Positions 23,196 to 36,009 of a DNA stretch of 64,000 nt are shown in pieces; the first letter of the stretch is position 1, and the number at the start of each line of letters is the position of its first letter. Made by a program: the position numbers and the translations under genes. Location of the stretch: assembly GCA_002104905.1 (NCBI GenBank), contig MCFE01000091.1, positions 62,001 through 126,000 of the forward strand, read 5' to 3'. The notes under the pieces are model-generated. The model saw only the letters and a list, made by a program, of their open reading frames with translations. It searched no databases and was not told the origin of the DNA. The DNA is from Basidiobolus meristosporus CBS 931.73. Its lineage: Eukaryota; Fungi; Basidiobolomycota.

Positions 23196-24440
23196 GGGTG
23201 GAGTGTAGCACAACTGGCTGCGCTTCCAACTCTTATGAAAACAGCTGCTTTCTTATTGGTAATTCTTTTATGCTATGATGGGAATCAGTCTTTTACAGGC
23301 TTACAGCATTAATTGGCAAAAACTGCAGCTTTTTTCTCATGCTTCCCTGTCTCTGGCTTGGATAGACTTTTTCCCTGTATCATTTTCTATATCACTGCCA
23401 GGTCTTTCACTGTACTTTGTTTGAGTGCTTCTTGTATTGGACTACACTTGCTCCTTAATAAATCCTACTCTGATGCATCTGTTTGGCCTGCTTGTCCCTT
23501 ACTGGCACTCTGCAGGCAACCTGATGCTTTTTTTCCCTCTGGTTTCAAGCTCTCAGCCCATGCTGTGATGGTGCCCCAAAGTAGCCACTGGTTTTTGTCA
23601 TTGCCAGGTCCTTCACTACTACTTTGACTGAGTGCTTCTTGAGTGGAACTATGCTTTTTCCTTGATAAATGTTGTGCAGGTGTATATGTGTCTGCCTACC
23701 TTCCCTTTTTGGCACTCTTCCAGCAACATGATTTATCTTTAATTCTTGTTTAGAGCTTTTGGCCCTGCTTGTAACAGGCTAATGAGGAAGCTGTTGGTCT
23801 TTAACCATTGTACCCTTGTTCTTCTGCTGTAGATAGTTTCCCCAATTCTTACAATACTTTCTTATCATACTAATGCTGGCCCAAAATTCATCTGCTTGTT
23901 TGAGTCCACAACAATGCTTGTGGAGCAAGTCAAGCACATTATGCTTGTCCATGAATACCTGAAGGTCCCAGGGTATGCTGGCTTAAGGTGTTGGCATGCT
24001 AGACTTCTGATGGCCACCTGAGTATTAGCCTACTCTTCATAATTGCACCTAATGGCTTGATGGATCTTCAATTTCTCTTGATATTTAGGCTTTGGTATAA
24101 GTACTACCCCTAAGAAAAAATTGAGAAAAGGCCAGCACAATACCATTGAATTATCAGCTGAATTCCAAGTTGCTCATAATTGACAACTCTCAATATCTCT
24201 GTTCTTAGCTGATGGGCATGAAAGTAAATAAGTTCTCCAGGAGAAGACTAGGCAAACTAACATCCATACTAAATTTGGCAATTAGCTGCCCATTACTTCC
24301 ATCACAAATTGCACTTGAAATTTTGAACCCAAAACACCAGCTAAATATCAACAAAATACCTTTCAAATACCAGCTGAATACCAGCTAAAAGTCAGATGAA
24401 TTCCTAGTTTGAGATTTTTATAGGGTACATTTTCTCACTC
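23196..24440 (-). pseudogene. Degenerate second copy of the unclassified ORF-X plus its upstream region
   Basis: The reverse complement of 23196-24110 aligns with 36625-37550, and 24110-24430 aligns with 33065-33365. Confidence 0.75.
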
Positions 24441-24446
24441 CCATGC

Positions 24447-25290
24447 TGTGATAGGTTTTTCTGTGGGCTTTATCTTGAAGCATTGTTGTTGTGCTTATAA
24501 GACTCTATGGTGCTCCTCTGCTGTTACATCAGGAAATTGCTTAATTCCTGGCAGTGACATTGTGCAACTTGTGTTCCTTCTTTGCAGCAAAGAAACTGGT
24601 TTCTTTACCTGGGATATTGATTGCTCTACACCTTTTATCCACTCATCCTGCTTCTGGACTCTTTCCTGATTTCTCTGGGCCATTGTATCTATCATATCAG
24701 CCACCACACCTAATTGCCTCACTAATGCTACACTATGATCTGACAACATACTTGCTAAAACAAGTGGTGGTGATATTGTGACAGCCACTTGCTGGACTTC
24801 AACTGAGGCTACTGCTTTTGCTACATTCTCATTTGCCTCAGCATTATAGTCAGCTTGCGGCTCCACAGAGATTCCCAATTACCTACTTGAATGAGAGCCT
24901 GAGGAGTTTGCATTATTACCTTGAGTGGGCATACTGTCCACAGGGCTTTTTTAACTCTGCTTGTTGCACTGAAGGTCAAAGCAAGTGGTTGTCCAGCTGT
25001 TCTTCTACTGCTTTCAGTGGTAGGATTTGGTTGGGAACCAGACAGCTTTGCTTACTCTTTGGTGGCATATACATAAAAGAGAGTCAAGCCAAAGGGGAAA
25101 TGGTGTTACATATACATGTGTATGTGGTGCCACAACCTTAATTGTAATGCCCACAATGGCGGGTCATCATTGAATCTTAAATTCAGGTAGGTATAATGTC
25201 CCAAATACAAGACTCTTAAATTCACAGGAGTATTGACAAGAAAATGATATAATAGCAAAACATTGTTATTGCCAAACTGTTTGCCCCTCA
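24447..25290 (-). mobile_element. Unclassified repeat H with a coiled-coil-like ORF relic
   Basis: ORF 24495-24878 (GISVEPQADYNAEANEN..QRNQERVQKQDEWIKG) is homologous to 31034-31480 on the opposite strand. Confidence 0.55.
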
Positions 25291-25309
25291 AACAAGATTA
25301 CTTTGATTC

Positions 25310-27720
25310 AACACTGTAAGAGAAGGGTGAAAAGACCGTGTGGCTATTATAGCAAGCCTCTTGACCATGGAGTATGCAGACAGCATAGGAAGTACTACAA
25401 GGATCATGGCCAGTGTTTTGCCACACAAGTCAAATTTTACCATTTGCCAGTAACCACTGTACCAACAATATCTTGCTGGCCACTTGGCTCTTTATAATGG
25501 TACCTGGACATACTTGTCACCTTGCGCAAACTGAGTCAGGTGAGTTAATGATGCCTTTAGGCTCACCCTGGCCTTCTCAACATGGAACACAGAGTGATAG
25601 CTCTGAAGAAGCAGGCATCATGATGGCTTGTGAGACTATTTCCCCTAACAACAGTACCCTGCATAAGCCCAGTAATTTATTGCTTGCACTCTGGATATAT
25701 TCTGGTAAAACCCCATCTAAAGAAGCTCATGCAGTCCAACAAGTATTTTGAAGTAATAAAGTACAGCACTTGGTATCAATCAGGTGCAATCATATCTAAT
25801 ATATCTGATGGCAAATATTACAAACAGCTAAGAAGCCAGGGCTACTTTGAGGGTATGTATGACCATGCCTTGCCTTGGCACTTGGTGAATTCTCATCAAA
25901 CAAATACTCTTCAAGCAAAGCCCAAAGGCCACTGATTCTCATCAACCTAAGTGTGCTGCCTATCTTACAGTATCAGAGCAGAAATCAGATGGTAGTCTCA
26001 CTAGTATCTGGGCCTAAATCACTGTCCAACCTGGATAGCTGTATGTGTCCATTGCTGGATCAATTTTGTATGAGTTGCAGTGAGATAACAGTAAATGACT
26101 GTTATGTTAAAGCACATATGGCTATCTGAATTGGAGATACCCCAGCCATCAGCAAGATAGCTGGCTTCTCTGGGCACAATGGACAGTATTGCTGCTGAAT
26201 GTGCAAGATTCAGGGGACTTACTCCATGACCCACACACATTATTATTACCCAAACACCAGCACTAGGATGATTGTGTTCCTGCCAAGTGAACACACAGAA
26301 GTCAGCGTTCATTTGCAGCAAAGTTGGCAAGCTATAAGCCATTGGCCAGAGAATGGAACTAATCAGAAGCCAGAGATACTTAAGATAGAGGGTATCTTTT
26401 AGAGCAAAACCTTCCCACTGCAAGCAATGCGTTTGCCTTTCAATAATATAGCTATACTGATGACCATGCTGTGCTTAGGGCATTTCAAGCTCAATGAGCC
26501 CTTTGAAATAATGGAGAAACTTGCAAGAATTGGGAAGACATATAGAGTATCTACTATCCTAAGTACTTCTCACAGGCCCCTATCAACATTCATACACATA
26601 TGCTACATTACAAGTGAGTGGACAGTATGAACTGGATAAGTATTTATTCAAGTGGCCTTCTGAAGCCATTTCTACCAGTAGCAATTTGGAAGCATTAGAA
26701 GTCATATATGGAAATTGTAGCAATGTTTATTTAGAAGGGGATCACCAATGCCAACTTGATGCATCTACAGCTTTTGCACAAGAAGTGTATGTCAGGATTT
26801 GAGCAGCTAAACTACAAATATAAAGCTGAGCATGTAAATCTCCGCTGCTACAGTATCCATTTGTTACTCCATCTTGCAGGGTGTATTGACAATATTGGAC
26901 CTTGCTTCATCTTTTGGGAGTTTCCTATGGAGACACCTATGCCTATGGCATTAAGAAGCTAAGCAGCCCCAGTGTGTGAGTAAACAGTTAAGTAGTGCAA
27001 AGTTGGGTTGGGTGCAACAAGTATCTAATTTTTATTAGGAAAACTCAGCTAAAGTATGCCAAGTTTCTCTTGGTCACCATCAAATTTCTACACCATTCAA
27101 TACAAAATTCACCTAAATAAGTGCCAAAGGGCACCTATATGGGGGGCTTGAATCTAGCAGGGAGAAGGAATACATAGGCTAAATACCAAAAAGTTCTTTG
27201 CAAATATTAAGGATGCATGCATGGTAGAAGTACTGGCCACCATGCATTTGTCTGCAAGATGTTTATGTTACCAGCAATATGGGATATATGGCAACTTTGC
27301 AAGTACTGCACTAAAAAGCCACAAAGTTGAAGTGATAGTAGTATGTCAATTGCGGCACATGGGTGAAATTGTAGAGGTTAGTAAACAGGAGGTCATAATT
27401 TTTACCATATACGGCAATTTGAAGTACTAGCCAGTTAGATCCACTCAGATAACTGCAGAGTACACCAAGACCACAACAATGCCATGCCACTCATGGCAAA
27501 ACACCATCCAAGTACTGTAAAGTTTTAACTTTATTTGGAGGTAAACTGGCCAAACACTGTTATAATCCCATCATAAAACTGTGTAGAGGGTCATTAATTC
27601 CAGCCTATTAGTAGTATCACAGTCTTCTGACAGGACTGTGATGACTGATCTGGATTTGATCTGCCTGCAGGACTAAATTATTTCTCATGAGGTAGCTTAG
27701 TTATGCAAGATTTTTCAACA
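25310..27720 (+). mobile_element. CACTA/EnSpm-like transposase relic, second copy
   Basis: LVSGPKSLSNLDSCMCPLLDQF..GDTPAISKIAGFSGHNGQYCC*MCKIQG and YSIHLLLHLAGCIDNIGPCFIFWEFPME match the GP..P..L.PL, GD.PA..K..GF.GH..C..C and LLH..GP..W.FP motifs. Confidence 0.75.
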
Positions 27721-27774
27721 CAGACTTGTTGAAGATTCTCTAAATTTCCTGTTCAATGCCTCATGATTGCTTGT

Positions 27775-30700
27775 TGTTTTAAGATCCACTGCTTGAATAT
27801 CTATGTTAGATTTGTCTTTAGTCAATCAGTTACTTTTATGTGTAGCCTATTGCAATATCAGTGCTATATATCAGGTTGACAGTATCAGTCAGCAGATAAA
27901 TCAGTAGATCCTTACCAGATAGTAATGGATATATTAAGCAGGATCTAATTCTGTGATCATGATGCTATCAAATGAGTCATCAACCACAACCTGCATCAGA
28001 AGCACCACTATTCAGCAATTGATCTAGAAAAATGTATATAAGGAGCTGTAGGAATCTCAATAAAAATCAGTGCAAGTTCTAGTAATTACAATACTAGTTA
28101 AATCCCTACTTCTCTACAACTTTTATATCATTGTTGTTACATTGGTAGCAACAATAATCAGAAACCTCCCTCCTGAAGAATGAAGAAGCCACTCCCAAGA
28201 AGTCAAATGATCAGGAATGGAGGAATGCTATACAGCATATTGTGGCCCAACAGTGGCAGTTACTCCCAATCCTTAGCCAGCAATAACAAGGAATGACTAC
28301 AATGGCCCAGAACCAGCAAAGCCCAGTCAAGAGCAACTCTATTTTGAAGGTAAACCAGTACCTTGGTAGAGCTTATGAGAGCCAGGGAACTTGGCTCTTT
28401 CAGATTGAAGAAGCTTTTACAGTGAGAGGAATTGCCCCAGAATGCAAGCTGCATCATGCAGCTTCTTACTTGGCAGATACAGCTTAACAGTGCTGCCACA
28501 AGAAGATTAGGTCAGCCACTATAATAGGAAGCTCAGCTTTTGCTACCTGGGATGCATTTGTGCTGGAAGTTCAGGATACTCTGTGTCTCCACATTAGCAG
28601 AGACTACTACAAAACAAGCTGAAGACACTCAGACAGAGAGAAATGGCTCAGGAATATATCTATCAGTATAGATATTCTCTTGGGCAGATTAAAAAAATGG
28701 ACATCCTTGATCAATTTGAACACTTTATTGAAGGGTTAAAGAATGAACATGCAGAGAGGTGGTTTATCAAAGACCCTAGACTATTGACAAAGCCATCAAG
28801 ATTGCCACTGACTATGACTCAGCTATGTTTGGAGTTGCTAAGCCTACAAGGACAAATCAGAAAAGCTACAATTGCAATGAAAGAAAACAACCAGAAGCAG
28901 TTCCAATGGAGATAGACTCTATGCAGAAGAATCCCAGTTGGAAGAACGCAAGAAGAAAAGACTTTGCTTGAGTTGCCACCAACACAGGCAAATCCTAGAG
29001 TACTACCCTCAGTGAAGAAATGGACACCAGTCCGCAAGAACCTTAAACCGCATTGAAGCCCAAAAACATAGTGAAGTGGAGGATGAGCTTGAAGAGGACT
29101 CAAAACTCACCTTGCATATGACAGGAGAATACTATCCCAAATGTAATCAAGCTCAGGGAAACTATTTTGCTTGAGTGAAGTATGGTAATGGAAAGTATTC
29201 CATTACTATGATATCTCTAAACCAATATTGCACTCATTTCTTTATTTTGCTTTTTGCTATTGCAACACACAAGTGAAAGATCAAGAATTCCAACTTTGAA
29301 TGACAAATGCTCCAGACCCTGACAAGCAATCCACCCAAGAATATTATGTCATACAAAACACGTAGTAGCCAACACATATATTGAGTTACAGCTCATTTGA
29401 AGCAGTACTTAAGGAGTTATGACCAAAAGAGTCCAATTATTATATATACTATTCCTTATTGCTAAGATTACTATGGTGACTTTGATTGCATGTAACTTTC
29501 AAACCAGCCAATCAAATCACGTGAAACTCTCTCAGGTGCTGTGCCTATGTCTGATTGGCACCACTGCAAAATGTTAGCTTTGTATCACATGTATTGCCTG
29601 CACAATTGCCCAAAAGCTTTGATCCTTCAGAATTTTCATATATATAACTTCCCCAGCTGAAAAATTAGGGGAGAGCCTCTCCTTCCAGAATCTCCGCACT
29701 ACAATTACAAACTTAAAGGTTATAAGACTTCCTCAGCATCCCTTGCACTGTTGAGTGCTCTGACTTTGATTGGTACTACATCAGTAAAGAGATTGCAAAG
29801 CTCACAAGAATCCAATCTAAGTTCTACAAGAAACTACCACTTTTCTGTTGGAAAAGTCCCCTCTAAGAAACCCCTTTACTCTAGAGACACCCCTTTAGTC
29901 TAAAGACCCCTTCAGAGACCCCTTTTAGTAACTCCTTTACTCTAAAGAAGCCTCTTTAGGCACCCCTTTAGTGTAAAGTCCACTTTAGAGACCACTACAA
30001 GAAGCCCCTTTAATCTAAAGACACCCCTTTTGGTCTAAAGACCCCTTTAGAGACTTCTGCAACACACCCCTTTAGGTTAAAGAGGAGGTCAGAATTTCCA
30101 TATTAGAAAATTTTCTCTCAGAAAGGAAAGTGAGTCTCAAGTAAGGAAAAGTTACTATAAAAGTAATTAAGCCCACTAGTTGACAAAAGGTCCGAACACA
30201 GTTGTAGAAGTGATAAACACTGCCTATAGTGTATTTTGAGCCTAAGATTGAGGAAATTAGTGAAAGTTATATCTTCTATTGGTATATCAAACTCCCAATA
30301 AACTATTTCAGTATTGGCATACTGGAAGTTGTTGTATATTGTTGATTAGCCTCTACATTGTAGAACAAGCCCCAAACTAATCATAATACAACACAACAGA
30401 AGTAGTCAATGGATTACCTGCCAAGACCATGATTGACTCAGGAGTATTGCACAGTTACATTTCAGAATAACTTGCTTTGACAGCTGGTGTCAGCTTAGAA
30501 TGTACCAAATAAAATTCAGTTTCAACAGCTGATGAGAGCTCTCACATTATCAACCTATTATGCAGCCAGTCAGAATGAATATCAATGACTATGAAGAGGA
30601 CCTACTGGCCTATATATTGGCAACTGCAAATTTGACTTGGCAATTGGAAAAGTAAGGCTATGCAACTGTGATCCATCAATCAATTGGAGAACCCATGCCA

Positions 30701-31033
30701 CTCAGATCTAAAAATGCAACCAGAGCTTTGAGCCACTACCCACCAGACAGGACTTCAACTTGGTCAGTTCCAGTGAATTGGACACCAGGGACATTAGCAA
30801 GAGACAGTCCTGTAGAACCCATAGGAATGGTATGCAGATGCTCCTCATGGCAGTATTGCAGGATGATTTCTCTAGCCCAGTTGCCCAAAAAGTCCAAGCC
30901 CTTTTGCAGAAAAACTCAGACATGTTTCTAGAAGAGCTTGTAATCCTGACACCAGTCAGAGATGTGGTTCATGTCATGGACACACAAAATAGCCCCACTG
31001 TGAGAAAGACACCTTTCAGGAAGAGCCCCATTA
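27775..31033 (+). mobile_element. Ty3/Gypsy family C partial copy (LTR ~27775-28141, PBS, gag, protease), split by a 1.2-kb insertion
   Basis: PBS ttggtagca at 28142. gag GTWLFQIEEAF..HHAASYLAD. Collinear with the reverse complement of 41540-43578. Confidence 0.85.
29183..30398. mobile_element. 1216-bp TG..CA insertion with a GAAGTA duplication (possible long solo LTR)
   Basis: GAAGTA at 29177-29182 and 30399-30404. Removing it restores the Gypsy-C sequence gagtgaagtagtcaatgg. An internal cluster of ccccttta..aaga repeats lies at ~29860-30085. Confidence 0.75.
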
Positions 31034-31480
31034 AATGTGGCGCCATATATGCATATTCATACAGCACTATCTCACCTTTGGCTTGACTCACCTCCACATA
31101 TGCCACTAAAGAATAAAGTAAAGCTGTCTGGTTTGCAACCAGACCCCACTGTAAACAATAGCAGAAAAACAAGCAGACAGCAACATGTGTGGAAATTTAT
31201 TTCAGCAAGCAGGGCTATGTCCATTGATGACCATACTAACATTGTGACCACTGAAGGCAGTGCAGACTCTTCAGGCTCTCCTTCAAGTAGACAGTTGGGA
31301 ATCTCTGTGGAGTCACAAGATGACCATAATGCTCAGGCAGATGAGAATATGGCACATGCAATTTCTCTGATGAAAGACCAGCATGTGGTCTTCATAACAT
31401 CACTATCACCAGAAACTGCAAGTTTGCTCTTAGCTGATACCAAAGCATTAAGGAGGCAATGAGGTGGAGTGGGTGCAGAG
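31034..31480 (+). mobile_element. Repeat H fragment
   Basis: LGISVESQDDHNAQADENMA matches MGISVEPQADYNAEANENVA at 24495-24878. Confidence 0.6.
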
Positions 31481-31511
31481 AAGCATATCACATCAAGGGA
31501 GGGAGAGATGG

Positions 31512-32640
31512 TGCTGAAATAATGAACTATACACTATCATTCAACAGCTAAATGTTATTTAGCAATTTTGGACTAGTCTTGGTCCTCTTAGAACTGATTT
31601 ACAGCTCTAACTTTGCCACTCTCATTTCTATCTATGATCCTATAATTATTCCCTTGCAGTGTGGTGGTGTAGAGGTACTCCTGGGAGAAGCTACACAACT
31701 CAAGGTGTGTGAGGTGTCTGATGGGAGCAATAACCTCTGGGTCTAAACTGCTGGTGTCTTTGTCAATATGTCACTTTGGTAACAGCTCCTGCTTCTCTAG
31801 CTTCCTAGGTGCTCCAATTGTCTCCAAAGGCCTCTGTGTGTCTTGTGCACTACCCTGAAAAGCTCCTTGATGGCAGGTATGAGATGTACTGTTGAAGGCA
31901 AGTGCAGTGATCAACTGCTAATCAATAAGGTAGAAGTGCTACTGATAGAAGGGATGATTTATTGATGAGGGATTGCTTTCCCTTAAATACTTTTCCTGAT
32001 TGCCAAGTGATTACTAATGACAAGGTTCTAGAAGATTCTAGGTATCAGTGGAATTCTTGCTGACATCACTATGAGCTAAAAATTTGCCAAGAATGTCCTG
32101 GAAGGTTCTAAAAGGCACAGCACATTCAACCAATCAGGAATCATTAGTCTGAAGCCTGTGCAACATAGAAATACCATATACGGTATTGAAATGGTAGGGA
32201 TGTAACACAGGCCTAGGTAATATGTCACAGGTAGAGACATGGGTACTTGCCTTATGTAGATACATATACTGATCACAAAGCTGAATAACATCTGGGATAA
32301 CTAATGCTAATAACTAATCAGGGTAAACATCATATGGGGATAATACTGATAATATGGGCAAAAGAAGAATGGGATAATACTGATAAGATAAAATATGGAT
32401 AAGTATATCATAATGACTATATGAATAAACTTGTCTGTGGTAGGTATGTTTACCCTACCACAGTGGTCAGGATCAAATTAGTACTTTTAGCAAACATTAT
32501 GTACTCACCCTAAAACTATTGCTGAATGCTGCTGAATGTAGTGAAGCTCAACATACTTAGAGTTGCAATTTTGTTGCATCTACAAAGATTTAAGTACTGA
32601 GGTTCCTTGTGAATAAACTAGGGTTCAACTATTATCAATA
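31512..32640 (+). mobile_element. Copia-B-type LTR (family F) relic carrying a solo LTR-E
   Basis: 31512-31659 plus 32463-32640 resemble 47221-47598 and 51350-51718. Confidence 0.65.
31660..32462 (-). mobile_element. Solo LTR, family E (803 bp)
   Basis: TGTGGT..ACCACA termini with 4-bp flanks GCAG/GTGG. Near-identical to 39050-39853. Confidence 0.9.
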
Positions 32641-32800
32641 TGCTATGATATGCTGCTTGGATGTCTAAGATAGAGCAGTTTATAGTCCAATTAATTATAT
32701 TTACGCTCAGCCTAACCATATATCAGCATTATCTATCAAATCAGTAGTATTAGTCAGCAGACAAATCAGCCAGTCCTTATCAGACAGAAATGAATACATT
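32641..32800 (+). mobile_element. Gypsy-C LTR 5' fragment
   Basis: tgctatgatatgctgcttgg..cagtccttatcagacagaaatg matches the first part of 52243-52611. It is cut by the TIR at 32801. Confidence 0.7.
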
Positions 32801-34195
32801 AGACTTGTTCCACCAGAATGTGCCATACAGTGCCAGCCTGTTTATAGTGCCAAATTGATCTGGCACTCAATGGTACTATATTTACCTATAAAATATACCA
32901 TGATGCCAGTGGTAGGATACAACTACTGGTAATCTGACTCAACTTTACTTATGTTGCTCAGAATAGTGCTTTTATTGCTTTATTTACTCTTGGTAATGCT
33001 CTAGACACACTTCTCACAGTGGATGTCCTCCTGTACAAAAACACTGTGCATTAATAACCCTGTGAAAAATCCCAAGCTTGGAGTTCATCTGATCCTTAGC
33101 TGTATTCTGATTGTATTTTGCAGGTATTCAGCTGGTGTTTTGGGTTAAAAATTTCACATACAATTTTGATGGAAGTAGCAGGTAACTAATTACCAAATCT
33201 GTCAAGGATGCCAGTTTGCCTATTCTCCTCATGGAGACCTTGATTGCTTGCCTGCCCATCAGCTCAGAACAGAGATATTGAGTGTTGTCAATTTTGAGAA
33301 ACTTAGAATTCAGCTGATACTATGAAGGTATTTTGCTGGCCTTTTTCAACTTTTTTTCTTAGGGAAAGTATTGTAACTATTTCACCCATTCTGTCATTTT
33401 CTCATACTTAGGACTTTCCTCTGTATTTGCCTGCCAATATGCTGAATCTCTTTAGATATCTAAATGTATGCTCTACTCTCACACTCAAATGATTAAATAT
33501 ATTGTTGCAGAACGTCAACTTCCTGCTAGGCACACCAATCTATGACTTCCAATAAAGTGTAATATATTCTAGTCTCTGACAATCCTCTTCTATGTGAGCC
33601 AAGTATGCCTTACATTTCTCCCCAGTAACAAATTCAGGGTGATTCACTACCCAGAATGTTTTGTCATCCCTACTTCCTGCATATGGTCCATTAAGCCAGA
33701 TGATGTTACTCCCAATGTCAGAGAGTACTTGAAACTTCACACAGTGTACCTTGTGCTTGCCAGAATAAAAGTGCCTCTGCCCTCTAGAAGGTCTGTCAAT
33801 CCTGACTAGGAAGGTATTCAGAATACTCTTGATATTGAACCTGTTGCCTAACACTCTGGAATACGGAAGTCAATTGGAGCTCTGAGCCTAGTATTCCAAG
33901 CTTGTTCTATGTCATTCATATCCTCTATAAGGTGGTTCTCATTGCTCACAGCTGGGAATGAAAGCTTCTAGTACTTTTATTGCCATGGGTGGTGGGATGA
34001 AACCTTGTGAGGTGATAGTTTATAAAATAGCTGAGAAGCTCAATAAGGAATCCCCTTGAGTAGATTGGGGTAGATAGTCCACAGTACTTAGTATAGATCT
34101 TCTCTGACATGTCAGAAGGAAATCTAGTGGTTATGATGAGATTGATGAGAATAGACCATTGAGATAAGTAAGTCAAACTAACATTGGTAGGTGAT
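32801..34195 (-). mobile_element. PIF/Harbinger-IS5-type (PHIS, DDE_Tnp_4) DNA transposon relic: TIR at 32801, transposase pseudogene ~33395-34190
   Basis: att|AGACTTGTTCC terminus with RTGCCA subterminal motifs. Minus-strand peptides VRIDRPSRGQRHFYSGKHKVHCVKFQVLSDIG..GPYAGSRDD and NHLSVRVEHTFRYLKRFSILAGKYRG are typical of DDE_Tnp_4. I did not find the other TIR. Confidence 0.75.
33042..33365 (+). mobile_element. Fragment of the ORF-X upstream region, starting with CACTG (possible CACTA-type terminus)
   Basis: Aligns with the reverse complement of 24110-24430. It begins cactgtgcatt. No TSD is resolvable. Confidence 0.5.
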
Positions 34196-34199
34196 TGAG

Positions 34200-34911
34200 T
34201 AGATGTGAACCAGATTGATTCAGTGCAATCAGCTTAATTTATCTGATTTTTTACACTGTATGCGTAAATCTCCACCAGTTGCCATGCATCCTATCCTTGT
34301 GTAGCAAAAGTCACCCTCAAGCAATGACTTGGTGATTCTATTGATTATTTAACCATTGATACTAGTGTACTTCTACATGAGTTTTCATATCTGTCACCAT
34401 GGTCCCTATACTAAGTTTGAGCTCTTCTTCAGTACAACCCAGACAAAACCCATCCCCCAGCTCACAAGCAAGGTCTGGACTGGAAAAGTCAATATTGATT
34501 CTGTTTAAGTTGTTGCCAAATGAATTTAGTATGGCCTAAATGTATATGATGGGCCATCATACAGATATATCCCAATGAAAAATAATTTGGTCCTGTGGGT
34601 GAATCTAATCCAGATCAGCCATCAGGATCCTGTTTAGAGACCTTCATAATACCTGCAGCTTGGAATTAGTGACCCTCTAAAGCAGTGTTTTGCTAATTTC
34701 ACTACTAAATAAAGGGAAAAAACTTGACAAGATTTGATTGGTGTTGTGACAATAATTGCATAGTATTGCTGCAGTCTTATTGTGCTCTACAACAATCTTA
34801 ACTGGATCCAACTGCCCAGGACGTCCAATTGCCTTATATGTCAAGAAACTTAACGGTATTTTGACGGCCTCACAGCAAGACTCTGATGGCATTATATTGG
34901 CAGTATGATGG
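34200..34911 (-). mobile_element. CACTA-family internal fragment
   Basis: The reverse complement of 34560-34910 aligns with 22840-23195. Confidence 0.6.
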
Positions 34912-35982
34912 TGTGGTGGTGTATAAGTCCAAGGGAGAGATACATCCATCACTTCTCAAGTGTTTTGTGTGTGGGGTGTTCACTGGGTGTGATAACCTCT
35001 GGCAAAAACTTGCTAGGAATACTTGGGTTCTGTCTCTAATCTAATGTGATGGGGAATAAAGCAATAAGCTTGTCAAGGGAGAACTATTGAGCTACAATCC
35101 CAAACTTAGTTGGCATCTTAACAAAAGTATGTGCTGGGTTCAGCATCCCTTGAGATGACAATGTACTAAAACTTCCAAAGTCAAAACAACTGTAAACTCC
35201 ACCAGCAGGGACTTGATAAGAATGCAGCTGTGGTCAATAGTTACAAAGACAGAAAAGTATCTTTGCCTGTACAAGAATACACTTGGGAAAGAATCAAATA
35301 TAATAAAAGATACCTACTCTGAGTATTCCTCACAAGTAGTGCCTTCAAGGACAGTTGGCTGTCAGCACGGTTTCCTGGGAGTGTCCTGTGGTCTGTGATT
35401 GGAAGTTCAGGTAGCAGCAGGTAGCAGTGATCACACTAATCAACAAGTCAGCTTATTGATAAAAGGGATAATGATTTATTGTTGAGGGATAGCCACCCTT
35501 ATGTACATTTCTTATTGGCTAAGTGATTACTAATCATGGTGTTCCAGAAGGTTCTGGATATCAATAGAAATCCTAATGACATCAGAAAGACCTAAGTATG
35601 TACTAAGTAGGTGCTGAAAGGTTCTAAGAGGCACGGCACAGCCAACCAATCAGGAATTAGTACTCTGAAACCTGTGTAATATAGGGATACCATATATGGT
35701 ACGGAAATGGTAGGGATGGTGAAACGGATTGATCATGTGTCACAGGTACTGGCACGGGTACTTGTCTAATATAGAAGCACTTATAGCTAGTAATCTTACA
35801 TAATGTGAGGGGTAACTTATGCAATAAGGTAAGCAGGTGTGATAGTGAACCAGCTTATGGGATAATACTGATCAGGTAAGACAAATGGGATAAAACTAAA
35901 ATAAGTGTAATAGAGATATAGGGAAGTAGAAAACATGGGAATGAGCATATCTGTCAGTGGGTGTTACTGTCACCCCATTACA
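34912..35982 (-). mobile_element. LTR family D copy (1071 bp), apparently solo
   Basis: TGTGGTGGTG..CCATTACA with flanks ATGG/GCGG. Confidence 0.85.
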
Positions 35983-36009
35983 GCGGCATTGCATACACAA
36001 TTTGAGCAG

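Noticed and set aside
27722-27730. AGACTTGTT as another TIR of the MITE family
   Set aside because: Only 9 bp match, with no following CC, no RTGCCA motifs and no ANT flank.
34250-34540. Minus-strand peptide HCLRVTFATQG..WQLVEIYAY resembling a LINE APE endonuclease
   Set aside because: No other APE catalytic motifs or RT are nearby, and it is contiguous with CACTA-family sequence.
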